A DNA stretch of 32,000 nucleotides from Candidatus Iainarchaeum sp. (GCA_038886995.1 JAWALG010000001.1:14635-46634), one strand, 5' to 3'; shown: positions 1-7,630, counted from the first letter of the stretch. Translations and numbers: made by a program. Notes: a model not told the origin generated them from the sequence alone.

Positions 1-289
1 AGTTAATATCGGCTCTCGGTGGGCTAACAACAAGTATTGGCTCTATAAAACCGAACCTTCCTTTGTAAAGCTCTTGCCCATCTCCGGCAAGAAGAAACAA
101 GGTGGCATTGCCTGGAAACTCTTCAACACTAACATAACCATAAATTGCCTTTATTTCCACCAATTCAACATTCAAAAAATTTATGTCATAGTAAATCGAG
201 GCACTTATTACTTTTGTTTCATCTGAATACGCCCCAGCAAGAAAAAAAGCGAGTAAGATAAAAATAAGCAAGGTTGTTTTCGTTACCAT
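1..289 (-). CDS. secreted hypothetical protein, N-terminal part only (gene runs off the window start)
   Basis: Minus-strand ATG at 289..287. My hand translation is MVTKTTLLIFILLAFFLAGAYSDETKV..., i.e. a basic n-region, a hydrophobic core and an AGA|Y Sec-type signal. The frame stays open for 96 codons to position 1. It is absent from the ORF track because it has no stop in the window. Confidence 0.45.
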   Translation of the reverse strand, partial: MVTKTTLLIFILLAFFLAGAYSDETKVISASIYYDINFLNVELVEIKAIYGYVSVEEFPGNATLFLLAGDGQELYKGRFGFIEPILVVSPPRADIN

Positions 290-361
290 GCGCTCACATC
301 CATAAGTTCTTAATTTATAATGAATTATTAAAATTTAATACTTTGCTTCGGCATTCATTCT

Positions 362-784
362 TCAGTTTGAGATTATTATGCTGTTTAGGTCATCTGAACA
401 CGAAAGTTCAACTATTGCCGGAAAAACCAATGGCTCATTCTTTATAATTATGTTGCAGTCCTCGCATACTTTGTTCTTTTTAAAGTATGCTTTTAGCGCA
501 TTTAGGTCAAATGTTTCGCCAGTAATCTTTTCGGTTTTTACATTATACACACCGCAATTTGCATCTCTGGCGCCAAAAGCACACGATTTCCAGCATTTTG
601 ACATTTCAATGAAAAACTGCTGGTATTGAATGTCATTCATAGGTCCTTTGCAACTATCAGGTATGAAAAGGCATGTAATTGATTTTTGAAGCCCGCTGAA
701 GTCAATGCCCACTATAAAAGCTAACACCACCATGCCAACCGCAAACGCAAAAATAAAGAATATCACCACTTCTATTGCCTGCAT
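362..784 (-). CDS. cysteine-rich pilin-like protein (140 aa), last gene of the locus A operon
   Basis: Internal ATG at 784 is preceded by AGGTG 6 nt upstream. The longer track ORF would overlap the upstream micro-ORF. N-terminus MQAIEVVIFFIFAFAVGMVVLAF is a short leader plus hydrophobic helix. There are 8 Cys, including a C-x3-C (KCWKSC) about 64 residues in. Confidence 0.55.
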   Translation of the reverse strand: MQAIEVVIFFIFAFAVGMVVLAFIVGIDFSGLQKSITCLFIPDSCKGPMNDIQYQQFFIEMSKCWKSCAFGARDANCGVYNVKTEKITGETFDLNALKAYFKKNKVCEDCNIIIKNEPLVFPAIVELSCSDDLNSIIISN

Positions 785-792
785 ACAAACAC

Positions 793-885
793 CTACTTCA
801 ATGCTGAGTAAACATACATTAAGATAAGGCCGACTACGGCAAGGCCAACTATAACTTCTATGATCTGCCAAGTTGTTTTGCTCAT
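793..885 (-). CDS. 30-aa single-helix membrane micro-protein (MSKTTWQIIEVIVGLAVVGLILMYVYSALK)
   Basis: Not in the ORF track because it is under 60 aa. Its ATG overlaps the TGA of the platform gene as ATGA (882-885). GAGGGGGTG lies about 8 nt upstream. The QIIEV motif matches the QAIEV N-terminus of the next gene. Confidence 0.4.
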   Translation of the reverse strand: MSKTTWQIIEVIVGLAVVGLILMYVYSALK

Positions 886-2774
886 CTTGTCAACACCCCC
901 TCAAATATGAATGTTGTAAACATCATAACTCCGATGAAGAAAAGCGCGCTGAATATTAAGAAGCCAGCAAGAAGGTTGCTGAAAATGGTTTTACCTATCT
1001 TGTAACGGTCAGTCCCATATTTAACATTCGCTAGGAATAAACTCAGGACTACTATTGTTAGTATAAGATATATGCCAACGATAACCAAAACTACAGTTGG
1101 CGGTATTATCTGGGAAATTTCTACAAGCTGCAAAGAAAGTTGTATCCCGAAAGCTTTACCAACCCCCTCAATAAGACCAATTATATACTCTAAAGACATC
1201 ACTATTGCCACAGCCATTATTATGGCTGTTGCTGCAAGTATTGGTGCTAATATTTTGCCTGAAAGTTCAATGGTTGCACTTGTATCACTTAAAAGCGTCT
1301 GCATGTAATTGTCAAGCCTAAAGACGGAAAGCGTGTGACTCCTTATCATCTTTGCCGCTTTTGCAGCATTCCTTATATCTGTTTCCGAAAAGTGTATCAA
1401 GCGCCTAAATATCTGTATAAGGCGCTTTGAGGCAACTATTTCGGGTAGCTTAGTATCAACAAAGTCCGCAAGTGTCTTTTTTGTGTTATAAAGAGCATCA
1501 GTTATTTCGCCAAATATCTTAACTACAGCATGTCTCTTAAAGCCATGTCTAATGTAATCTTCCTTAACATCTTCGATTATACTTTCCATTGGCCTGTTAA
1601 GCACAAGGTAACTGCTTACAACCTGAAGAAGATGTGGTATATCATCTTCAACCTCGCGCATCTCAAGCCATATTTTTTCATTAAGTTTAACATAGAATAA
1701 CAAGTAAACTTCTATTGCTAAGAACATGCCAAAAGGCACGCACCACGCTGCAATTAAGCTACCAAGTGAGTATTGCTTTACAATATCCTCTCTTGAACTC
1801 ATGTTTAGGCCTAAAAATTGAATAAGACCAAACCCACAAATGAGTACCGCAATACTTGCACATATTACATATACTGCTGGCGGCATCTTCTTGAATTTTG
1901 GTGAAAGAGATAAGTCGATTGTGTTAACCTGCACCCTATTTAGCGCAAAGTTCATGGCAAAAAGCAAGAGCAATGCTGGACAAAGAATATCGTAAATAAA
2001 TATCAGCATTGGCACATTAACCATGTTTGGGAGAAATATTGAAATCATTGGCAAAAGTATGAGTGACATCATTGGCAACATAACTCCAACAGAAACTAAA
2101 TTTTTTGCCTGGTTTGAAAGAGTTTCAGTTGTTCTTTTTCCCATTGTATAGTAGCCCTGCATTATTGTCTTTATGCCCTCTTTTAGCATATTGTCCCTTT
2201 CGCTGAGAGGCGCCAAGCTTGCTGTTTGCAGGATAGTAAGACCTTTTACGAAATCAGGATTTATTTCCATCCATATTGGGATATAATCCTCAAAGGCATC
2301 GCCGAGAGTGGCATATTGCTGGAGCTCCATTTTGGCAACAATATCCCTAAACTGTTTACCTAAAACACCCGTAAGGCCTTTTGAAGTTTCTGTAAAAGCA
2401 AATTCTATGCTTGTGTTCAAGCTTATGTAATTAGCCATTTCAAGCAAGGCTTGAAGCATCTCTTCTTTTTGCTGCATTATACCTTGGGTATAGTAGATGC
2501 TTGCACCGTAGAGATAAGAGGATATTGCTAGAAGGGCTGATGTAAAAATAAAGATATAGCCAAAAAGCTCAAATAGCCAAAGCTTTGCGGCAGCACCAAC
2601 AATAAAAAAGAATATCCCTGCAAAAGCAGGCAATATAAACCATATGAATATCCCTGAGAGGAACTCCGCTGAACTATATGGAAACTCAACCTGTTTGAAT
2701 TTTTTTTCGAGGGAAGGCGATTTTGGAAAAATTTTTATTGTCTTGCCAGTATTGTAAACAAAATCAAAATACAT
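882..2774 (-). CDS. type IV filament platform protein, fused FlaJ/ArlJ/TadBC-like polytopic membrane protein (630 aa)
   Basis: Two soluble helical-bundle segments are each followed by clusters of TM helices, the T2SS-F-like architecture. It lies immediately downstream of the secretion ATPase in the same operon. Confidence 0.65.
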   Translation of the reverse strand: MYFDFVYNTGKTIKIFPKSPSLEKKFKQVEFPYSSAEFLSGIFIWFILPAFAGIFFFIVGAAAKLWLFELFGYIFIFTSALLAISSYLYGASIYYTQGIMQQKEEMLQALLEMANYISLNTSIEFAFTETSKGLTGVLGKQFRDIVAKMELQQYATLGDAFEDYIPIWMEINPDFVKGLTILQTASLAPLSERDNMLKEGIKTIMQGYYTMGKRTTETLSNQAKNLVSVGVMLPMMSLILLPMISIFLPNMVNVPMLIFIYDILCPALLLLFAMNFALNRVQVNTIDLSLSPKFKKMPPAVYVICASIAVLICGFGLIQFLGLNMSSREDIVKQYSLGSLIAAWCVPFGMFLAIEVYLLFYVKLNEKIWLEMREVEDDIPHLLQVVSSYLVLNRPMESIIEDVKEDYIRHGFKRHAVVKIFGEITDALYNTKKTLADFVDTKLPEIVASKRLIQIFRRLIHFSETDIRNAAKAAKMIRSHTLSVFRLDNYMQTLLSDTSATIELSGKILAPILAATAIIMAVAIVMSLEYIIGLIEGVGKAFGIQLSLQLVEISQIIPPTVVLVIVGIYLILTIVVLSLFLANVKYGTDRYKIGKTIFSNLLAGFLIFSALFFIGVMMFTTFIFEGVLTR

Positions 2775-2797
2775 TTCAAATCATCCTAAAACATAAC

Positions 2798-4462
2798 CTA
2801 TTTCCAAAGCAATTGCAAGCGTTTTTCATACTCTTCCTTGAACTTATTCTCTGCCTCTTCGCTTTGAAGCGGCTTTATTTTTTCAAAGGCCTCGGCAAAC
2901 CACTTGTTTGCTTTTAGCACGTAAGGCCCTTCAAGCTTCTCCTTGAAAACTGACATTGTCTCCACAAACCTTTGTTTAGCCCATGCTCTCAAACTGATAT
3001 CACGCCAAACCTTCTCGTAAGAGTCATATTCCATGCTAGTTTCCATTATGTTTTGAATGGTAACAGAGTTGCCTTTTAGCAATGCTTGCGTAGGAACCAA
3101 AGAGTCCTCTTTTTTATCATAAGTCATGAGTGTTCTGAAAACAGGTTCATCCTGCCAGTCCTTAAGGACTTCAACAACTTGGGTAACACGCCTCACATGG
3201 TAAAGGCCTGTTGGCGATTTAATCTGCTTTATTATTATAATAAGGTCTGTTACCTTGAATGACCCTTTTGGAACACCTAAGTCATTTACAACACGGTCAA
3301 AAACACCGTATGGGTTGTCAGCATGTATAGTGCCAGCAACAGTATTTGCCATTGCGCCTACGCGCATTGCTTCATAAAGGACTTTTGCTTCCTGAGAACG
3401 TACTTCACCCAGTATGAGGCATGAGTTGCCCAACCTTAAGCAGGTCCTAAGGCCTTTTTCGAAAGGTATTTCTAGGCCCTCTGGTGAAAGCGCTGAACGA
3501 ACTTTAAAGGAAAGTATATCGTAGCCATACTCTTTGTAGAAGTTTATTGGAAGCTCTTGGGTGTCTTCAATTGTTATAATCCTATATTTTGGAAGTATTT
3601 CGAGCATGCATGCACTGAGCAGAGATGTCTTTCCTGAGCCACGAGGCCCAGCCGTTAGGAAAGTCCTGCCGTGTGTGATCATGAATGACATGAAACCTGC
3701 GAAAAGAGGGCTTATGGTCCTATTAGCTATAAAAAGAGGCAAAGTCCATGGTTTTTCCCTGTGGCGCCTTATTGAATAACCAATGCCGTGTATTGAAAAT
3801 GGCTGCACAACAGCAGCAACCCTTGCCCTTTGATTTTCTACAACTAGTTCAGCGTCAAGCTGCGGCTGTGCCTTGTTAAGAGGCCTTCCAGAATTTATTT
3901 TAAGGTAAGTTGCTAAATAGTTTAAGAAGTCGATTGAAGGGTATAGGTTTGTTCTGCATTCATCAAAATCATCATGTACAACCCTAAAAGGGCTTTGGAA
4001 TTCGGGAGGATTTATATTTATCTCCTGAACTTTTGGATCACACATTAAGTAGTCGAGAATTCCGTGTTGCTTTATCCAACGCACAAGTACAGGATCCTTA
4101 AGCTCTCTGCTTTCATATTCTTTGTACAGGTAGAGCAATTGCTCCATGTTTGGCTCCAGATGTGGTATCGTTATCGTGTAAGTTGGCTCAAGGTTCTCTT
4201 CTTCCTGCACAATCTTTACATTTGCATCTTTTATCTTGTATGACTTGAGTACTTTGCCGCGAACTGGCTTTATAAGGCAATCAACAAAGAATGGGTAAAT
4301 TACATAAGAGTTATCCTTAAGGTATTGCTGCTTTGTAAAAATCTTATTTTTATAAACAATAAGGTCAAGGTCCTTTTGTGGCTTAATGCATTGCTCACAC
4401 ATTGGAAAGCTCTTATCGCCGAGACCTACGCAATTGCTGCAATCCCTAATTACATACTTCAT
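2798..4462 (-). CDS. type II/IV secretion-family ATPase (FlaI/ArlI/PilB/VirB11-like) with an N-terminal 4-Cys zinc ribbon
   Basis: Walker A is TAGPRGSGKTSLLSA, followed by IITIEDTQEL. The Walker B region is CLILGEVRSQEA and the His-box-like region is AGTIHAD. The N-terminus carries CSNC-x10-CEQC. Its start shares an ATGA overlap with the upstream gene. Confidence 0.85.
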   Translation of the reverse strand: MKYVIRDCSNCVGLGDKSFPMCEQCIKPQKDLDLIVYKNKIFTKQQYLKDNSYVIYPFFVDCLIKPVRGKVLKSYKIKDANVKIVQEEENLEPTYTITIPHLEPNMEQLLYLYKEYESRELKDPVLVRWIKQHGILDYLMCDPKVQEININPPEFQSPFRVVHDDFDECRTNLYPSIDFLNYLATYLKINSGRPLNKAQPQLDAELVVENQRARVAAVVQPFSIHGIGYSIRRHREKPWTLPLFIANRTISPLFAGFMSFMITHGRTFLTAGPRGSGKTSLLSACMLEILPKYRIITIEDTQELPINFYKEYGYDILSFKVRSALSPEGLEIPFEKGLRTCLRLGNSCLILGEVRSQEAKVLYEAMRVGAMANTVAGTIHADNPYGVFDRVVNDLGVPKGSFKVTDLIIIIKQIKSPTGLYHVRRVTQVVEVLKDWQDEPVFRTLMTYDKKEDSLVPTQALLKGNSVTIQNIMETSMEYDSYEKVWRDISLRAWAKQRFVETMSVFKEKLEGPYVLKANKWFAEAFEKIKPLQSEEAENKFKEEYEKRLQLLWK

Positions 4463-5040
4463 TGTGAAGCACCTTTTTCAGATACCTCTTTGCCATAATA
4501 ATCAATATATCTTTTTGCACGCTCCAATCGATCTTTAAGTGCGATATCGACTGTTGCGCCAACAACATCCTCAATCTTCTTTACCCTTGAGTTCATGTTT
4601 TCAAGGTCGCGCATCATTGATTCGAAAAGGTCTGGGGCGCGTATGGATGCAAGCCCACCAAATGTCTTTTCAACCTGGAGTATTTGTTCCCTTACTGCCG
4701 TATACCTTTGCAAAAGTTCTCCTGATAGGGCACGCTTTTTTAGTTCGCTTTCAGCGGCTTCTAGTTCCTCTATCGATGTAGATATTAGATTGGACTTTGA
4801 TGCAAGTATTTCTGTTCTTTTGCTAAGTTCATTTATCTTAGATTCAATCTCAAATGCAGAATACGATGTTCCTGCAATTATTGCATTTCTTAACTTTTCA
4901 AGCCTTGCTTTCTGCATCATTACTTGCGCACTTATATACCTGCATTTCTCTAGAATCATTGGGTCGCCATCAAATCTTACTTGCTCAAAGTCCGCTATGT
5001 TTGGATTGTAAAATTTTACCTTTGGTTTCTCGTCTGACAT
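4459..5040 (-). CDS. soluble coiled-coil protein (193 aa), function unknown
   Basis: No hydrophobic segment. Long charged heptad-like stretches (RLEKLRNAI..., SIEELEAAESELKKRA...). Translationally coupled to the ATPase start through an ATGA overlap. Confidence 0.6.
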   Translation of the reverse strand: MSDEKPKVKFYNPNIADFEQVRFDGDPMILEKCRYISAQVMMQKARLEKLRNAIIAGTSYSAFEIESKINELSKRTEILASKSNLISTSIEELEAAESELKKRALSGELLQRYTAVREQILQVEKTFGGLASIRAPDLFESMMRDLENMNSRVKKIEDVVGATVDIALKDRLERAKRYIDYYGKEVSEKGASQ

Positions 5041-5051
5041 CTTAACACACT

Positions 5052-5681
5052 TTAACGCTTAAAAAGCCCTTTAAGGCCTCCTGAAGGCTTTGGTTGCTGT
5101 GGTTGAGAAAATGGCTGCTGGGGGTATTGTGGCATATACTGCGGCGGATATTGTGCTATTTGTGCCTCAGAAATCTTGCTTATCTTGAAAAGCTCTTCTA
5201 TCCTTTTTAACCTGTGGTTGAGTTCGTCAATTATTTCTACAAGCTCAACAAGTATTTTTGTTGATTTAGATCCCATAAGCTTCTCCTGAAGCTCTTCAAT
5301 ATTTTTTATCCTCGACTCTAAGAGCTGAACCTGCTTCTCAGAAATGCCCTCTTGCAGAAGATTTTTCAAAACCTCTTGATCCTTCCTAATTTCAGCAATT
5401 TTCTCAACCGCTAACTCAAGCTTTGATTCAACGCTATCAATGGTTTCCTCAATGGAAGTTAGCTTCTCAACATTCTCGCTATATTCGGTTAGCGGCGATC
5501 CTAAAACAATTGTCTTGTCGAGGTTGTCAAGCTCTACGCGCAAATTTTCAAGCTGGCCGACAAGAAAGTTCAGGTTTGCGTTTACCTCTGAAAGATTTTT
5601 CTGCTTTGACTGCGATATAATGGCAAGAGAACTTTCAACGCCGCCAATCTTATTCTTCACGGATTCAATCTTTGGGTCCAT
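5052..5681 (-). CDS. soluble coiled-coil protein with a Q/P-rich C-terminal tail (209 aa), first gene of the locus A operon
   Basis: I chose the start at the internal MDPKIESVKNK because the TATA box TTTATATATA (5715-5724, minus strand) lies inside the longer track ORF. The body is E/K/L-rich coiled coil. The tail is QYPPQYMPQYPQQPFSQPQQPKPSGG. Confidence 0.6.
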   Translation of the reverse strand: MDPKIESVKNKIGGVESSLAIISQSKQKNLSEVNANLNFLVGQLENLRVELDNLDKTIVLGSPLTEYSENVEKLTSIEETIDSVESKLELAVEKIAEIRKDQEVLKNLLQEGISEKQVQLLESRIKNIEELQEKLMGSKSTKILVELVEIIDELNHRLKRIEELFKISKISEAQIAQYPPQYMPQYPQQPFSQPQQPKPSGGLKGLFKR

Positions 5682-5816
5682 AAAAATCCCTATTCTTATT
5701 CTTAGTGTTTGCCTATATATAAATGTTTTCATAGCGGCTAAAGGCCAAATACCTGGTTCAGTAAAAGATAAATTTAAATATAAAAATGGTAATATGTATA
5801 AGCAAGAGGCGAAAAA
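5682..5816. promoter_or_regulatory. divergent promoter region of locus A
   Basis: TTTATATATA (5715-5724, minus strand) lies about 35-40 nt upstream of the ATG at 5681. TTTAAATATAAAAA (5773-5786, plus strand) lies about 35 nt upstream of the ATG at 5817, with GAGG 7 nt before that ATG. Confidence 0.4.
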
Positions 5817-6215
5817 ATGGAGCTTCCCATCTCTGTAATGATAACAATTTTTGTAGCCCTTGCCGTAGGTGCTATGCTCTTAACATTAAGCCAAGGTTGG
5901 CTCTCAGGCCTAGAGCTTCCTTGGGTGCCCCAAAATAAAGGTGAAACTAAAATTATCCAGCAGATAAGCATAACAAACTCACAAATAGGCAAGCTTCTAA
6001 GGTCATGTTATGAAGAAATGAATCAAAAGCCAAAAATGGAATATTATACTTGTTATGCGATAACTGTTGAAAACCCAGTAACTGTGGATCCTGCTGAAGT
6101 TGCAAAGGAATTGCCTGGAATTGACACTAATAGCTACCACATAGACAGCGGCACTACAAGAAGCATAACAATATTTTGGAACTACCCAAGCAGTAAGGTG
6201 GAGGTGAGGGTATGA
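5817..6215 (+). CDS. pilin-like / N-terminally anchored small secreted protein (132 aa, 2 Cys)
   Basis: N-terminus MELPISVMITIFVALAVGAMLL is a hydrophobic helix with no canonical KG/A cleavage motif. It is the first gene of the plus-strand operon and overlaps the next gene as ATGA. Confidence 0.5.
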   Translation: MELPISVMITIFVALAVGAMLLTLSQGWLSGLELPWVPQNKGETKIIQQISITNSQIGKLLRSCYEEMNQKPKMEYYTCYAITVENPVTVDPAEVAKELPGIDTNSYHIDSGTTRSITIFWNYPSSKVEVRV

Positions 6216-6772
6216 ATCAGAAAGGAATGGAAATGGCAATACAGGTCTTCATAATTCTTTTTGTGCTATTAGCTGTAGCGTTGCTTGTTTTGCAGATGGT
6301 TTCACAGCAAGTGATAAAAGTTGGCGGTGAACTCGAAAAGAAGACAATTGATGAGTGGAAACAAGAATGCCAAAACCTATGCATAAAGGCAAAAGATATG
6401 GCAGGAAAGGTCAATTTCTGCAAACATGTTTTTACCCAAGGTGTGGATCTGACAAAAAATCAGCTCAAAAACGATTATGATGAGGAGCTACTTGCAGGTA
6501 TTGGTATCTGCGAAAACCGCATACCATGCCCTATTTTGGTTGATTGTGATGCTGACGGCGCATTGCTGAAAATGGAGAGTTGTAAAAGCATAATGTGCAG
6601 TTACTGGAAGACACAGGGCTTTTCTACTGAAGAGGCAAGTGCAAACCTGAAAAAATTTATACAGCCGGGAGACTGCTATTCTGATCCAATGAACCAGCCA
6701 AACCATTGGTTCACGAGGTTATTTGACAAAAACAAAGATGGCAAAGCAAGCGATGATGAAGTGGTCTGCTAA
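6212..6772 (+). CDS. cysteine-rich pilin-like protein with two EF-hand-type loops (186 aa, 10 Cys)
   Basis: MNQKG|MEMAIQVFIILFVLLAVALLVL is a class III-like leader. It has the C-x3-C ECQNLC. The loops DCDADGALLKME (aa 111-122) and DKNKDGKASDDE (aa 172-183) fit D-x-[DN]-x-D-G-x-x-x-x-x-E. The protein ends in ...EVVC. Confidence 0.6.
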   Translation: MNQKGMEMAIQVFIILFVLLAVALLVLQMVSQQVIKVGGELEKKTIDEWKQECQNLCIKAKDMAGKVNFCKHVFTQGVDLTKNQLKNDYDEELLAGIGICENRIPCPILVDCDADGALLKMESCKSIMCSYWKTQGFSTEEASANLKKFIQPGDCYSDPMNQPNHWFTRLFDKNKDGKASDDEVVC

Positions 6773-6792
6773 AAAATCAGCGGTAGGGAAAA

Positions 6793-7203
6793 ATGGAGAA
6801 TGCTGTTTGGGTAGTTTTTGGAATAATAACGGTTTTCTTAGCCATGGGGATATTGCTTACGATGGTTGAAAACAATAGGGAACAAACCAAGATAAAGACC
6901 AACGAAAATGCAGTAAAGGCCTTTGCGCAATGGTGCAATTTTGTATGTGACTCAGAGGTTGAAACGCGCCTAGGCAAAGAAATTGAAATTTCATCAGGCG
7001 CAGTCATGAGTGGCCATGGCAAAGGGGTTTGCATTGACTACAAAAACAATAAAAATTGTGAATACTGCAAATGCGATGTGAACGCTATAGAACTAAACCT
7101 AAATGAACCAGATATAATAAAAGCATACGATACCCACGCTTTCAGGTGCATATTTGAAAAAACAGACATAGAGGTTGTGGCAATTGAATGCAGAGGTACC
7201 TAA
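6793..7203 (+). CDS. cysteine-rich pilin-like protein (136 aa, 8 Cys)
   Basis: N-terminus MENAVWVVFGIITVFLAMGILL is a hydrophobic helix. It has C-x3-C (WCNFVC) at aa 48-52 and a CEYCKC cluster. Confidence 0.55.
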   Translation: MENAVWVVFGIITVFLAMGILLTMVENNREQTKIKTNENAVKAFAQWCNFVCDSEVETRLGKEIEISSGAVMSGHGKGVCIDYKNNKNCEYCKCDVNAIELNLNEPDIIKAYDTHAFRCIFEKTDIEVVAIECRGT

Positions 7204-7207
7204 GCAA

Positions 7208-7588
7208 ATGCTTCAGAAAGGCAGCATTTCAATAAATGTAATGATTTACATAGGCGTTGCCCTTGCTTGTGGCATTGCTTTGTTTTGGTTTTTGCAGAAT
7301 TTCTTCAGCGCACAGATGCTTTTTGAGAAGATGGACAATGACTTAATGCATATGGCCTCAAGGATCAATGAAAACTGCGATTCTAACTATTTTTTATTTT
7401 ACCACAACCCAGTAATAGAAGAAGGTAAAATTGACTTCAACAAGGACTCTGCATGCATGGAAAATAGAAATGTAAGGCGATGTGTAAAGCTTCTCTGCGG
7501 CCCAGAGTTTTTGGTAAGCTTCAAGCTTGAGGACTTAAACATAATAATTTTTGAGAAAGCTCAGACCTTAACAATCTGGACGCAATAG
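7208..7588 (+). CDS. pilin-like protein (126 aa)
   Basis: ATG at 7208 sits just after the TAA of the previous gene at 7201-7203. MLQKG|SISINVMIYIGVALACGIALFWF is a class III-like leader. There are 4 extracytoplasmic Cys. Confidence 0.55.
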   Translation: MLQKGSISINVMIYIGVALACGIALFWFLQNFFSAQMLFEKMDNDLMHMASRINENCDSNYFLFYHNPVIEEGKIDFNKDSACMENRNVRRCVKLLCGPEFLVSFKLEDLNIIIFEKAQTLTIWTQ

Positions 7589-7630
7589 TTTGCAGAACCT
7601 ATTTTATGCGTTTTGCCATACTCATCTTTT

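Noticed and set aside
4459-5681. Coiled-coil proteins as ESCRT-III/CdvB or PspA/Vipp1 homologs
   Set aside because: Size and helical content are compatible. However, I cannot identify the family signatures by eye, and the operon context with tight coupling to a secretion ATPase argues for a motor accessory role. This needs profile searches.
362-7588. Calling locus A an archaellum (arl/fla) operon
   Set aside because: I see no archaellin-like protein, since the pilin-like genes are short, Cys-rich and lack the archaellin N-terminal pattern. There are no ArlF/G-like or ArlC/D/E-like genes and no ArlH/KaiC-like gene in the locus. Only the ATPase and platform pair is shared.
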